Origin: a virus
Lineage: Duplodnaviria; Caudoviricetes
IMG/VR virus record: IMGVR_UViG_3300033076_001341
Coordinates: 1 to 64,000 of that record
DNA length: 64,000 nt
Reading direction: 5' to 3' (one strand)
Positions 27,747-41,600 of the stretch are shown here, piece after piece. Numbering within the stretch: the first letter of the stretch is position 1; every line of letters begins with the position of its first letter. The notes under the pieces were generated by a model. That model had not been told where the DNA came from, ran no database searches, and saw only the letters and a list, made by a program, of their open reading frames with translations. Both the position numbers and the translations under genes were made by a program.

Positions 27747-30700
27747 TGGCGGACGAATTCGACAACAACCCTTTGGGAAACCCAGGTGCTGGTTCCACTC
27801 CAGGACCACAACCTTCCTTTGCGCAGTTTTTTCAGCAGTATCAACAACAGAACCCGGTTAAGTCCGATCCGTTTGAGAACCAGAACTTCAGTGCGCAGCA
27901 GGTCGACCGCTACAAGAAGAGCGATATCTATTCTCCTTGGATAGATCCTTTTGCTGATAATGAAACCATGGCAGCACAAGCGCAGTCCGGATGGGACGCG
28001 TTGTGGAACGGAACCAAAGGTTCCTGGGATGGTATCAAGGACGGCTTTGTGTCCAGTGCGCTGGTATTACCCCGCCTGGTAGGATCAATCTTCTCCAGTG
28101 GTGTAGACGGCATGATGGACGATGAGTACGGCATGCGTCTGAGCGAGATTGAGCAACAGCAGAATCAGAACGAGAATCCGATCTACATGACCGAGGCAGA
28201 GCGGGATGACATCTTCAGTCTGAAAGCTGCGGGTGAAATGATGCAGAATGCAGGTTACACGATTGGAACGTTTGCGGAACTAGCGGTTGAAACCGTTGCC
28301 GTGGAATTCCTTGCAGGTGCATTTACTGCCGCAACCGGTGGCAGTGGTGCCGGTGCACTTGCTGCTACTACAGCCGTAGAAGCAGGTCGCTGGGGACGTT
28401 TCATGAATAACCTGCGTAAAGCAGGTACTGCAACCGGTGAAGCACTTCGCTATGGTACCAAGACGGCAGAGATTGCCGCTCAAGATGCTCTGCGTGCGCG
28501 TACGGTAGCAAGACAAGCAGAAATTATCAGCGAGATGGGTAAGCTGCGGGACGTACAGTTCGGCAGTAAACTCTCGGAAGGATTATATACAGCTGCTACC
28601 AAGATCCCCGTGGCGGGACAGCTGGTAGAAGCTGGAAACCTTGTAGCAACCGGTGCAAAGACCGGACTGCTCACTGCCGGGGAATTGACCAGCATTGGTG
28701 TGGGTGGACTGCGCCGTGCCTACGGAGAGTTCCAGGCTGCTTCCGGTGAGGCAGCGATTGAAGCAGGCAGTTCATTTACGGAAGTGTACAATCATCTCTA
28801 TGATGATTTCATGAAGGAAAAGGGGTATGAACCCAACGCCGATGAAGAAACCCGGATGCGTGAGCTGGCAAAAAGTGCAGCGGTGGATTCCTACGGTTTG
28901 AACATGGCGACCCTGCTGGTGATGAACAAGCTGGAGTTTGGTAATATCATGCGTAACATGATCCCGGACAACGCAATTGCCCGCGCGTTCAAGAACGAAG
29001 CACTGGATTCTTTCACAGTAGCGGGACGTATCAACGGAGAACAATCAGCACGATCTTTTACCCGTGGTACCATGGGACGATTTGGTATTATGCCGGACGT
29101 CATCAGTACGTTTGACAATGGTTACCGGGTAGCGGCAGCGCAGTTCGGTAAAGGACTGGTCAGCGGCTTTAAGCAGTTCAGTGTGTGGGAAGGTCTTCAG
29201 GAAAACATCCAGGAGGGAATCGTACACGGTCTGAAAAAGCACTACGGCGATTTATACAACAACGATCCGGCAACCTGGGGAGAATCTTTCCAGGAAGCTG
29301 TAGACTCCCAGATGAACAAGCAAGGTCTTAAAACCTTCATGATGGGTGCAATGACGGGTGTGGTGACAGGACCCTTGATCACCCGTGCTTCTAAAGCTAT
29401 CGGATACTTTGGTGACCGCGAAGGACATCGTACCCAAAAAGAAGAAACCGCTAAAACGGTGGCAGCATTCAACACGTTTATGGAGACCCATAAGAACGTC
29501 TTGAGTGAGCACATCCGTAAAACAAAAGAATACAACGCCTATGGCGAGGAAATGCAGCGTGCTGCAGCAGCGGACGATACGTTCAACTACCTCAACAGCC
29601 GCGAGAGTAACCTGATGCAGGCAGTGCATTCCGCCAAGCGTCTGGGTAATTTGCCCTTGTTGCTTGATACCATCCGTGCTTACGGAGAAGGATTTGACAA
29701 CGTAGCATTCAAAGAAGCATTTGGTTTTTCTCCTGAAGACGCCGGACACAGTTCTGCCCAGGAGTTCACCAACCGTATTGCGCAGGATGTCGAGCGCTAC
29801 AGTGAGACGTACGATCACTTCATGAAGAAGTACAGCAACTTCATGGATCTGGGTAAGCACATTAAAGACCCCAACCGCAAACTTGCCAGTGACATTGCGC
29901 GTGCATCATTGATTGACGCCATTGAAACGGTGTCATTCCATGAGAGTAAGGCGCAGGATGCAGTGAAGCGTCGTGCTGGTATCCAGTCTAAGATAGGTAG
30001 TTACCAAACTATTGGTGATGCGCTGCAGAGTGGATTTGATCAGCTGACGAATTTGAGTGAGCTGGAGAACGAGAGTCGCATTTTGCAAAACGAAGTGCAG
30101 TCGCTCGAAGCTCTTGAAGTCAAGAACGAAGACACGCAGCGCTTGATCAAAGTAAAGAAAGAACAATTGGCTGCTCTCCAGGATTGGACAGAGGCAATTG
30201 GATACACCACTGATGATGCAGGCAATATCACCTATGACAACGTAGAGATGCGTCGTAAGGGGTCTCAGACACGCTACAAGGCATCCGATGCGTTCAAACG
30301 ATATCTGGGTGCACGTAACGCCGGACTGAAGCGTAGCCAGGTTGTGAAGCAGGAAGAAGTGGATACTGCGATGCAGGACGTCGTAGACTTTATGGAACTG
30401 GGTGAGGAGAACCGCAAGATGGTAGATGCACTCAACATGCTCAATGATCCTGCCGGCTTTAGTAAAACCTTCCAGGCAGCGCAGGACGCCCGCCTGGGTG
30501 CACACGCACGCAACGTAGCAAACACGGTTCGTGTACTGGCAACCGTAGATCCTGCTTTTGCAAGACTGCTGGAAGAGAACGAAACCCTTGTCCGCGAGCT
30601 GGAACAATTTGCTGAAGCACCCTACGCCAACAGTTTGAACTATGAGTACCTGCGTAAACTGCAGGACAAATTGAAAGTAGCACTGAAGGGTAAGGAGCAA

Positions 30701-32605
30701 AAGGAGAACAATCCGGAGGATCAGAAACCTAAGACTCCCGCACAGAAGACTGATGCAGCTAATCTTAACACCGATGCAGCAGGAAACACCACGGTGTCGC
30801 CGGCAGCACTGGAACCAGAGAATTTGCAAATGATGCTTGACCTGGGTAAAGATGCACAGGCAATGGAGTTTGTAAACCGTCATTACATTTTCAAACAACT
30901 TGCCGGCAACCGCTATTCGTTTAAACGGGTGGTAGATAGTCGTGTTGACAAACCTATTGTGACACACGAAGGCGAGTTTGATATCAGCACCAAAGACAGC
31001 TTTGGATTTGCCGTGGATTACGAGACCGCACTCTTTAACAAGAAAGCAAACGGTAACCCGGTGGATGCAACGCTTGCCAAGGAGCAACGTAAATTAAAGA
31101 ACGTACTGGGCAGAACCTTCAAGCACGGCGATAATGAAGCGGTGCTGGAAGAAGATGACCAGGGATACTATTTCCGTATCTATGATCCGGAGACTGGTGA
31201 GAGCATTGAAGAAGTAGATGCGGGTGACGATGGTAATCTTACCTACACGTCGCTGAAAGCAAACGGGATCAAGTTTGAACTGATTCCCAACGAAAGTGAT
31301 CCACAGGTTAATGCCGGTGTAGCAACTACCGCTATTCCCAGCAACGAATCGGGTGCGTCTTTCCCTACTGCGATCCAGGAATTGGAAGACCAGAAAGAAG
31401 AAGCTATCCGGGACGAGAAGCAGAAGCTGCAGTGGCACAAGGGTGACCGCGTGATGTACGAGGGTGAACCGGGTGTGATTGTAGAGAATACAGACGATGC
31501 AACACAATACTCTATACAACTAGAGAACGGATCTGTGATTGTTTTGGGTTCGGCAGACAGTTTGATTGACGAGTATGTTGGTTTGAGTCTGGCACCACAA
31601 GGAATTGTCACTACTGCAGAGACCGTACCTGTAGAAGACAGGGTGTTCAAAGTAGAGTTTACCAGTGATGACAGAAGCACAGTGACAATCGACGGAAAAG
31701 AATTCTCGATTGTCCGTAACGAAAACACCGGCGAGATCTCAGGTCTGGGTTATACTGACAAGAAAGGTCCCAAGGTTGGTCGCAATGGTATCTACCGTCA
31801 ATACATCAACGCGATCAATACCACGGTTGCTGAGATGAGTGATGCGCTGGCTGCAGAAGATCCCGATCAGTTGACTAAAGACATTCTGGACATTGAAGGA
31901 AACAGTAAGGAGATGCAGACTGTTGCGCAGATTACTGAGACAGTAGATGCCGAATCCTACAACAAGTTCATGGCTAATGAACCCTTGACTCCTGAAGAGG
32001 TTGAGAGCGTTCGCAATTCAATTGTAAATGCATTAACTTTGAAGCGTGAGTCTGAAGTAGATGGAGCGTTGATGGATGAGCTTGAATACGCTCTTGAATA
32101 TGACCTCAATAATTTAAATACTAAGTACCCACCTGATGAAAGACCCAAGAATGAACCCGCTGCTAAAAATACAAAACCCCGAAAGGCAAAGCGAAGAGCA
32201 AAAGAAGCAAGTGAAGAATCTGCTGTTGATGCGAGTGCTGCCCCTAAAAAGCAAACTAAGAATTCTCGCAAAAGCAAAAGTAAACCAGATTCTCTCCAGG
32301 AGAGCATTGAACAATTAGAGATTCAATTCGAGGAAGCAAAAGCTGACGTTCGTGTACAAACGGAGAACGCAAACATTACTCCTGTCGTTCCCGTAGAGCA
32401 ATACGAAACCACGCTGGATTCACTAGTTACAGATTTACTGCAGAACCCGGAGGAGCTTGTCCGCCTGGTTGAATTTGTAGAAAGTTCACCTAGAACTACA
32501 AAAAAGTCTACAAAAAATCGTAAATTTGAAGTAGGAAGCACTTATACTCAGGACGATAATAATCCCTTCGATTCCCTGGGTGAAGGCATCTTCTGCAAAC
32601 TGTAG
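27746..32605 (+). CDS. Large cargo/ejection protein with hydrophobic Gly/Ala-rich segments, 1619 aa
   Basis: ATG 27746 chosen for its TAATG coupling. Membrane-like segments (AVEFLAGAFTAATGGSGAGALAA; FMMGAMTGVVTGPLI), EGLQENIQE motif, acidic C-half. Confidence 0.65.
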   Translation: MADEFDNNPLGNPGAGSTPGPQPSFAQFFQQYQQQNPVKSDPFENQNFSAQQVDRYKKSDIYSPWIDPFADNETMAAQAQSGWDALWNGTKGSWDGIKDGFVSSALVLPRLVGSIFSSGVDGMMDDEYGMRLSEIEQQQNQNENPIYMTEAERDDIFSLKAAGEMMQNAGYTIGTFAELAVETVAVEFLAGAFTAATGGSGAGALAATTAVEAGRWGRFMNNLRKAGTATGEALRYGTKTAEIAAQDALRARTVARQAEIISEMGKLRDVQFGSKLSEGLYTAATKIPVAGQLVEAGNLVATGAKTGLLTAGELTSIGVGGLRRAYGEFQAASGEAAIEAGSSFTEVYNHLYDDFMKEKGYEPNADEETRMRELAKSAAVDSYGLNMATLLVMNKLEFGNIMRNMIPDNAIARAFKNEALDSFTVAGRINGEQSARSFTRGTMGRFGIMPDVISTFDNGYRVAAAQFGKGLVSGFKQFSVWEGLQENIQEGIVHGLKKHYGDLYNNDPATWGESFQEAVDSQMNKQGLKTFMMGAMTGVVTGPLITRASKAIGYFGDREGHRTQKEETAKTVAAFNTFMETHKNVLSEHIRKTKEYNAYGEEMQRAAAADDTFNYLNSRESNLMQAVHSAKRLGNLPLLLDTIRAYGEGFDNVAFKEAFGFSPEDAGHSSAQEFTNRIAQDVERYSETYDHFMKKYSNFMDLGKHIKDPNRKLASDIARASLIDAIETVSFHESKAQDAVKRRAGIQSKIGSYQTIGDALQSGFDQLTNLSELENESRILQNEVQSLEALEVKNEDTQRLIKVKKEQLAALQDWTEAIGYTTDDAGNITYDNVEMRRKGSQTRYKASDAFKRYLGARNAGLKRSQVVKQEEVDTAMQDVVDFMELGEENRKMVDALNMLNDPAGFSKTFQAAQDARLGAHARNVANTVRVLATVDPAFARLLEENETLVRELEQFAEAPYANSLNYEYLRKLQDKLKVALKGKEQKENNPEDQKPKTPAQKTDAANLNTDAAGNTTVSPAALEPENLQMMLDLGKDAQAMEFVNRHYIFKQLAGNRYSFKRVVDSRVDKPIVTHEGEFDISTKDSFGFAVDYETALFNKKANGNPVDATLAKEQRKLKNVLGRTFKHGDNEAVLEEDDQGYYFRIYDPETGESIEEVDAGDDGNLTYTSLKANGIKFELIPNESDPQVNAGVATTAIPSNESGASFPTAIQELEDQKEEAIRDEKQKLQWHKGDRVMYEGEPGVIVENTDDATQYSIQLENGSVIVLGSADSLIDEYVGLSLAPQGIVTTAETVPVEDRVFKVEFTSDDRSTVTIDGKEFSIVRNENTGEISGLGYTDKKGPKVGRNGIYRQYINAINTTVAEMSDALAAEDPDQLTKDILDIEGNSKEMQTVAQITETVDAESYNKFMANEPLTPEEVESVRNSIVNALTLKRESEVDGALMDELEYALEYDLNNLNTKYPPDERPKNEPAAKNTKPRKAKRRAKEASEESAVDASAAPKKQTKNSRKSKSKPDSLQESIEQLEIQFEEAKADVRVQTENANITPVVPVEQYETTLDSLVTDLLQNPEELVRLVEFVESSPRTTKKSTKNRKFEVGSTYTQDDNNPFDSLGEGIFCKL

Positions 32606-32624
32606 TATCCCATCCCCTTGAATA

Positions 32625-35600
32625 ATGTCTTGCACTATAGATTCCAAGGTGCTGCGCACCGCGCTTGAAAAAGCTCTACGTACCAATCCTGAAAAATATC
32701 GCAACCTTGAAAACTCGGTTCGCGACGTTATGCGATTGTCAAACCTGACTGATGAAGTCAAGGTAAAGGTTATAGCTGCATACAGCGAACTGTACAAACA
32801 CCTATCTAGAAAGTCTACAGCTTTTGAATTAAACAACCTCGATACATTCCTGGACGCCCGCGTGGTTCCCATGATTGATGATACTTCTCTGAGCGCCTCG
32901 CGTTTCACTGAAGCATTGTCTATGATCCAGGAGCAACTCGGAGTGACTCCCGCCACCGGTACTACGCAGAACATCCGCGCTAAAGAACTGGCGGTTGCGT
33001 TATCGGAAGCTATCGAGAGTCCACTGGTTGGACGTTACGCCCGCATCAAAGCAGTAGCGGACACCGTGGTTCAAGAGCGCAGTCTGCTGGACGCCGGGAT
33101 GAACGACTCCCAGGAACTCAACAGTGTAAAATTGCTGGAGAACGCCATTGACAAATTGCAGAACAGCGGTATGGACAAAAACACTGTCCGCAACCTGATG
33201 AAAGCATTGTCTCCCGCACTGGCGCAACTGCGTACTCCAAACAGCGAAAACGGATACATTGACCTTCGCTTAATCCCGGAACTTTCCTCCAATCGTTTTG
33301 AAGCGTACCTCTCTGACGGATCTATTGTCGATCTGCTTAAAGAAGGTGAGAGCTACATGATTCTCGATGAGAACCTGCAGAGCACCGGTGAAGTCTATGA
33401 CCTTAGTGCAAACCCTGCACCTAAAGCGGTCTTCCCTGTACCCAGCTCCTGGATTGCCAACGACGGCGCTACACTCCTGATCAACGGTGATGAGATCAAC
33501 ACCGGTCTGGTAATGATTGGTGCAGACCTGGAGGCATTCAGTAACGAAGTAATGAGTTCGACCAACAATCCGGTCAACACCGTTACCGTAGTTGCTAATA
33601 ACAGCAACGCTGCCCGCAATGCTGCCCGCTTTAATATCATTCGTCAGGCAGTAGCTCAATACCCTGCACTTGCTAACCGTACCATTGAAACCCGCGAAAG
33701 TGCTGCGCAGGTACGTGCCCTGCAGAGTGGTAAACCCGTGCTGACCCGTGCTCGCCTGAGCGATGGATTTTCCCTTCAATTGGTTTCTCCTTCCGGAAAG
33801 ATGGTCACTGTCCTGAACTACAACGATTACGTCGTGGTATTCCCAGACAACACTACCCGCAGACTGGATCTTGAAAACGAAGAGGATCTGAATCTCTTTG
33901 CGCAGCTGACCAATATCCGCTACACCAAGGGAGCAGCTAAGAACACCGTGCGTCCAACGACGATGGATGACTTGTACATGTTGCGTGATGGTGCCCGCCG
34001 CTATAAAGCGTTCGAAGCAGAAGTCAACGCATTGCTTGACAAAGGAGAGACAACCATTCCAACATCTGTATTCAGCAAGTACTTCGAGTTGCAAAACCAG
34101 GTGTACTACAATGACTTTACTAATTCATACGACACCATGGAGAAAGTCTATGGAGAGCGTTTTGATCAGTTCGTCAATAAGCACAACGGCGGATTCTCCG
34201 TAGACGTTGTAAACATCAACGATAAAACCAATCCTACCAAGCGTCAGTTGCCGGCAATCTTTGCACCGGTATACACGACCCGCAATGCTCGTCGCGGTGA
34301 TGCGTGGAGACCCATCGAACTATTGGGTCCCGATGAATACGTACTGCACGAGGGTAAGATTTACAAGTGGAAAGAATACGTAGAAAAAGTATTGATGAGC
34401 ACCATGGGTGACTCGATCTCTAAACTGAGTTTGCTTTCCGGTCACCGCTACGCCAGTTTGTTTCCTGTCAGCGGAACCAAGCATGCTGTGATTCCACTCA
34501 TCCGTAACAAGCAACCCAAAGTAACCGCCCAGTACGCTGATGTACTGCTGAACCTCGGACGCTTCGTTGCAAACTTTACCTCGACCACTCCTACTAAAAC
34601 ATACACCAACAACTTCAACAATGAAGTATTTGGTTTTGAAATTGTCAGCGGTGTACGTGCCGACTTCTTTACCAACATTGGTAAGAACGGTAAGCCGTAT
34701 CTGGCGGTGCAGTTCAATGCAAAAGACACGCATGCAGATGCTGCCTTCTTTAACGAGAATGCCAGCTTGCTGAACTTTGCCGTGAGCAGTGATCCACTGG
34801 ATAAGATCATGGAAACCGTTAAGGCGTTCTATGAATCCCAGGGTCTTGATTTTGTTTACGAGTCTGCAGCAGATGCCAAGCGTATCGCTGAAGAACTCAA
34901 TGGTCTGTTCACCAATGCTGCCGGCAAAGAAGCGGTGCAGAAACTGCAGGAAGAGATTGATAACATCTATCAAAAGTTTACCAAGGACGTACACACGAAG
35001 TTTGGTAAGAAGCTGGATAGTTTGCTCAACCATCCTGAAGCAGAAACCCGTGAGATGGCGCAGCAGATGATCGGCACCAAGGAGAAGTTCATGTTCCAGC
35101 TCTTTGAACAGGTTGAAAATAAACCCGTGCTCAAAGTTCAGAACAAGGAAACCACCTACCGTGACCTGAGTAGCTACTACACGTATAAGTCCAACATGTT
35201 TAGCCGCCTGTCACTTCGTTACAACATGGTTAGTCCATTTGAGCGCAGTGAGTTCAGCGATGCACTCGATGAGATGGAGACTCTTGTTGTACCACCGATT
35301 GACTTGTTTACTACTGAGCAAGACGTTGAAAATAATTTCACCATGTTCCCCGGTGCTACTCCAGAGAGTGGCAGCAGCAGACTGGATGACTTTGATATGT
35401 TTGATCCCTTTGAAGGAGGTGCAGCTTCGCTGGGTGATGCCTTGCAGCTTGCCGCTTTTGAACAGGGTGAATTCCAACGCCAGGTTGATTACATCCGCGA
35501 GCGTCTTCCCAAAGACATTGCTATTGATGATCTGGATAAGATTGTCCGTAACCTGGACGCTGAAGGTAACGTGCTTGGATACATCAAAGACAAGGTGATT

Positions 35601-38600
35601 TACCTAAATGAGAATCTTTCTCGTCCTGGAACTGCCTATCACGAAGCATTCCACGCCGTGTTCCGGTATTTGTTATCTCCTGAAGAGCGTGCAAACCTGT
35701 TGAGTCGCGAGTACGAGAGCATGGGTATTATTTCTGAGTCAGCAATTGCTGAATTCAGAAAGCAACGCCGTGGTCTTGCACACATGAGCAACACCGAAGT
35801 GATCGAGCTGATGGCGGAAGAACGTATGGCGGACAAGTTTCAGTCCTACGCGATTAAGAAAACGAAACCACAGACATGGTATGCCAAGTTGTTTAATCTC
35901 ATTCAACGTCTGATTGAGTTTTTCACGAAACACAAAAATGAAATCGAACAGACCTTTGACAGAATCCACAGCGGGTTCTACTCCAGTGCGTCTGCCAAAG
36001 AATACAGCGGTGTAGAAGGTGCTTACCAACTGATCAAGACCGTTCCGACCATGGGTCTGCTGGATGGTAAGATCAAAGGATTTACCGAAAGCATGAACGC
36101 TGCAGACATGATGGAGCTGCGTAACATGATGGTCTATGAAATGCTGCGCACCAAGAATGCTGCTGGCATGACAGCTGATCAGCGTTACGACGAAGTTGCC
36201 AACATGCTGCGCTCTTATTACAACATTGACAATTTCATCCGTCAGCGTCCCGATGCGGAGTCTTTCATCCGCAGTAAGTATGAAACTAAGTTGCGTGACT
36301 TCCGTTACGTTTTGGGTGGACTACAGAACGGTGAGAAGTATGCGGTTCTGAACCTCACAGGTGATCCTCGTTATGACAACAAGTTTATCGATGGTACCAA
36401 CGAAGGAGTGATTGCCCAGAATGCACAAGAGAGCTACCGTCAGATGAAGCAGATGGTCCTGGAGATTGTTGAGAATCTGAACACCACCGACACCATTGAA
36501 AACGCCTTGGCAACAGGTGCGATCAACGAGACGGACAGCGGTGATGTGGTGATGCAGGCAAAAGCTGACGTGGAAGAGACGGGCGCAAAAGATCCGGATA
36601 TCTCTCTTCTGGAAACAGGAACCTCTGATGGTGATCGTGAATTCAGAAAGATATTCCAGTTCCTGGTCTATGAGCAGGAAGACTTCGGAGTGGGAATCAC
36701 CATTCGCAGACCTGTTGACGCAGATAAGTTATTTGACTCCGTAAAGAAGATTACGGTAAATACTCCCAAGGCAGAGATTCTGCCTCAGATCCGTCAGCGC
36801 ATTGAAACGCTGGAGCAGGATCTGGAGCACATCAACCGACTCCTCGGTCGGATCAGCGGCTATCCTGCTGAACGGGATAACACTTACGAACTGGCGCAGA
36901 GTTTAAAGGCGATGATGAACATGCTCACTACCACCTGTGGTATTGAGAACAACATCCCGACCCGCAACGAAGCAATGTTCAACCAGTTCCACAGTGTCTT
37001 CTATGTCGCCTCTGGAGAGATCTCCCGGGTAGACATCAAGACCAAACGGGAGTTTGATGCTGCCGGTGTAGCGATTTCCAGTGAGATGCGCGTCGTAGAC
37101 GTAGCACAAACCCAGGATAATTTTGCTGCGCTTAATAAAGTTATTGACGGATACAACAACACCTACCGTTTACTACCGGAGACCAGCGACGGAGGATACT
37201 TCCGCGCCAGCAAGAAGCAGATTCAAGCGGATCTGAAAGAGACCATGGACATTATCCTGGAACGTGGATCAAAAGAGATCAGCACGTTCTACCTGGAAAA
37301 CGGAGAGTTCTCCGATGCCATGGTAAACAAACTTGCCGATGACCTGTATGTCATCTCCAGTTCTGCCGGTCTGGGTCTTCCCCGACATTTCTTCCATTTC
37401 TCCCTGGTTGCTATGATCCAGGCGAGCGGTTATCGTATTCCTGAAGGAAGCGAAGCGCGCTCGATCCTGATGGCAAATACTGACATCTACAAGGAGAAAG
37501 GATACATGACGCCCAGCATGCTGACAGCAATGCGCTACATGTTCAGCTACTCCGACAAAGTGCCGTTGTTTGAAAACACCGCTAACAAAACCCGCAAGTC
37601 AGTCGTTGCCAGCTTCCTGCCGGCAATGATGTACGTGACCCGCTATGATCAGTCAATTGGTCAGCCGGTAGTGATGAACACCACCGGTAATAAGATCTAC
37701 CGCTTTACGCTCTACTCGCCCAACATGCAGGTGGTGCAGGATCTTCAGCAGCTGGGTCTCAACGAGTTTGTCAAGGACGTCTATGGTCAGGACTTCGTAA
37801 GTTGGTTTAATGACAACCCTTACTTACAGGAAGGTGTACTCAGCGATTTGTTACAGGAGTACCTGAAGGTCGGATACCTCAATGGACTTTCTCAGCAGAT
37901 TGACGAAGGAGATAACATTAACACCGACGTCAGCAAAATTGACAAAAAAGGATACCATCTTTCTAACCTGGCGTTGTTTGCAGACCGCAAGTCTTACAGT
38001 CGTGCGGGACAGAAGCTGACAACGTTCAAGCGGATTACGTCTCAGAACGATGCGACCGGCACCGTGTTCCATGTAACGGGTCGTTACGAGGAATACATGA
38101 CCACCGTTGGAAACGCAAAGACAGAGTTCAACGGAAAGAAAGTCAGCATGATCAGTGCGCGTCTTGCCGGCTTGATTCAGCAGGAATACAACCGTATCCA
38201 AAAAGAATACCAGGAGCGGGACGTCAACAAGACCCGCTACAATGATTACAACGGTAAGTTACTTGCCGATGGAACCGTAGATACGACCAGTGCAAAGTTG
38301 CGTGCGTATAACTTCCATCACCTGGACAGTTTCTTCTTAAATGAGATTGGTGCAACAGACTCCAGCATTGTGGATGAGAATGTAGCTGCCAGGGTGTACA
38401 TGCGCGAGCAGTTGATTGCTGCAGCTAAAGAAGGAAAGTCTTTTGCAGATACGTTGAGTAGTCCTGCACTGGCACCGCTGTTTGAACAACTGGACTTGTA
38501 CGCACAAGATGAATTTGAGTTCTTCCTGGAGAACCTGGAGAATGAAAAGATCATTGAAAAAGTTGGAGCTGATTACAGCACTGCTTTCTTTGACACTTCC

Positions 38601-41600
38601 TACAAACTTAATGGGGAGAACAAAACGGGTGCGCTGGGTAATTCACTGAAGACGCACCTGAACGATTACTTTTTCAATGACTGGGTGAACCGATTGCTTG
38701 TTAACCAACTCTTTGATGGTGACAAGGCAGTAGGTATCAAGAGCGCCGTGGATTACTACAAGCGTTTGAAGTCTCAGGCTGCTGCCGGCAAAAACGCCGA
38801 GAGCGCCAGCCGGATCATCAAGCACGGTACCAGCACCTATCGCCATGTGGTGATTACCACTCCTGGAAATAAAGAAATTCCTGTGTACTTCGATCCCAGT
38901 GACCTGACTAAACCTCAGCAGCACTCCAGCGAAGGCATGGAAAACTATAAAGCATTTGAGATCATGGATGGTCACGTCTACCAGACACTGAACCACCGCA
39001 TGAAGTTCCTCAGTGCTGAAGGCAAGCTTGATGCCCGCAGTGAAGAGATCATTCGCTCTTTGCGATACAAGCGTGCAAGCTTTGAGGAGATTGAATACCT
39101 GGAGAGTCGTGGTATCCAGCTGAACCCGCAAAAGACGGTAACAGCGCACCCGATTCACTACCTCAAGATGAGTGAGCACTACATCAACCGTCTGACCGTG
39201 AGCTACTACCGCGCCGCTGACAAGCGTGCTGCCAGGGACCGTGTCGCTGAAATGTACAAGCTGCTCGATCTGTACGAAGGTCAATTGGATTTAGGCATCG
39301 AGGTGAACGAAAACGGTGAGTCTATCGAAAGACTTTACCGCGATACAGTGACCAAGATCCACCAGGAGTTTGCACCGATCAACGGCAGACAGATGCTGCA
39401 CAGCATGCTCAACAACATGGAGTATCATCGCCTGGGACAACTGAGTGATAACAGTGCTTCCAAGCGGGGAACTATTATTCCTGCCAGCGTCACCATAGAG
39501 CAATTAGAATCAGGTGATACTTACTGGGATCTCGATAATCACGTAGCGACCATTCCGATGCGATATGCGTACAACCAGGTAGCAACTGAAATGCATCACC
39601 ATGATGTAACGGATTCTATTCAGCCAAAGTTGCTTATTGATACGGACATTGACCTGAAGGACCCCAATGTTCCGGAAGACCTTAAGAAGCTGGTGCGTAC
39701 GTACCGTACCCTGCTGAACAACATGTCAGTGAACTCCCGCAAGAAGTTCGAGCGCGTAGTTAAAAAAGGCGGAAAGATTGACACAGCAAACTTCTACAAG
39801 ATGATCCAGGAGTCCCTGCAGAAACAGGGTGCTCCCCAGCACATGCTCAAGATGTGGGACGTTGTAGACGGAGAACCGGTGCACAGTGCAAACTTGCCAG
39901 GTATTACCGAGGCGTTGAAATACTATGTATTCAGCAGCGCCAATGCAAGCTTGTTCCAACCAAAAGCACCTGGTTACAAGTTCTACCACGGTTCCTCTTT
40001 CGGATACAAGATCATCGTTGATGAAAACGATGTGCCGGTACCGGACGAAGAGATCCGCAAGAACCCTGAGAAATATAATAATTACGAAACCCGGTATCCA
40101 TCGTTCCGCAAGACTATCAATGCCGAAGGTGTTGAAGAGTATTACGTAGAGGTATTGATTCCAAGACCAACCAGCACCAACCCCAAGAAGTTGCGTGTGC
40201 TGGAGAAGTCCCTGGAGGAGTTCTTTGGTACCCGTATCCCTACGGAGGATAAACGCTCCATGGTGCGGGTGAAAGTGGCTGGTTATATTGACGCTACCTA
40301 TATCAATACGATTGTCGTTCCAGAACAGATTCACTATTTGTCCGGATCAGATAAAGATATCGATGCGTTGTACGTACGTATGCTCGGCACCTATGACAAC
40401 GTCCTGGGTGAATTGAACATCTACGGGGATTACTCCGAGTACGAGGATCGCTACGGCATGGATGCAAAGACTGCACGCTTTGTGGAGTACCTGCATTACA
40501 TGATGAACGATCCATTCTTCGGACCGCTGGTGAGCAAGGAACTCCGTCGTATGAAAGAAGACGCCGGATACAAAGTAGAGAACCTCAAAGAAAGCGCTGC
40601 CATGTTTGGTCCTAAAGTGCAGGAGTTCTTTACCCGCTCTATGGACGACATCATGAGCGCTATGCAGAGTCGTTTCAGGGACCTCAAAGAATCTAAACAG
40701 ATCCAGACAACCGGCAAGAAGTTTACTTCTTTTGAAGACCTGCGTGACATCGTGGATGCACAAGGCGACGAGAGCAGTGTAGAGCTTCAGCGTCAGCTTC
40801 GTCTCCTGGAAAAGATGGCGGCAGTTGTCAACGTATTGCAAGGTACGGACATGCCGGTGACTGCAGAGGAGCTGATGAAGTATGAGAAAGCAAACGGCTC
40901 TCCTGTGATTCCGATTATCCAGAACGAGATTACCTCGGTGATGAACAAGATCCTGGGTCACAATTATGTCTTTGATAATCTGTACAGCAAGGAATTCTCC
41001 AACGCAGATATTTATAAAAACGCCGTAGACAAACTGGGTCGCGATGAAAAGGACACCATTGGTCAGAGCAATTTTGCAACGATCACGTCGGTATCGAACG
41101 TGCGTGACTCCAACAAGAGCGCCAAGCGTGGTATCGAGATCTTTGCAGCGTTCAACAAAGGATTGAGTATTGCCGTAAAGCACGGTCTGAAGCTGCAGGA
41201 ACCAATCTGGAACATCAACGGTAAAACGTACAAGAGCTTCAGTATCGAGGATGGTGATGACCCAAGCAGACAGCGTGCACATGCATTGATCGGAAACTCC
41301 CTGGGTATGAGCGCCGATGCGGCGAAGAACCCTTATCCTGCCGTACTGAGTCTGAATCAGTACAACATGGCGGTGACTGCTACGATGCTGAGTCTGGGTA
41401 TTGATCCTTATCTGAGCATCTACATCAACCTGATGCCTTCAGTCAAAAATGCCGTGAGTGTGTACGAAGCAGAAGCAGAAGGATCTGTGCGACGCAGTTA
41501 TAAAAACGGTACAAGCTTATCGACGCACCTCTTCAATACGCTGACCTATAAGTTAAATGAACTCTCTGTTGGCGATGCTGCACAGCAAGCGTTTGCCAAG

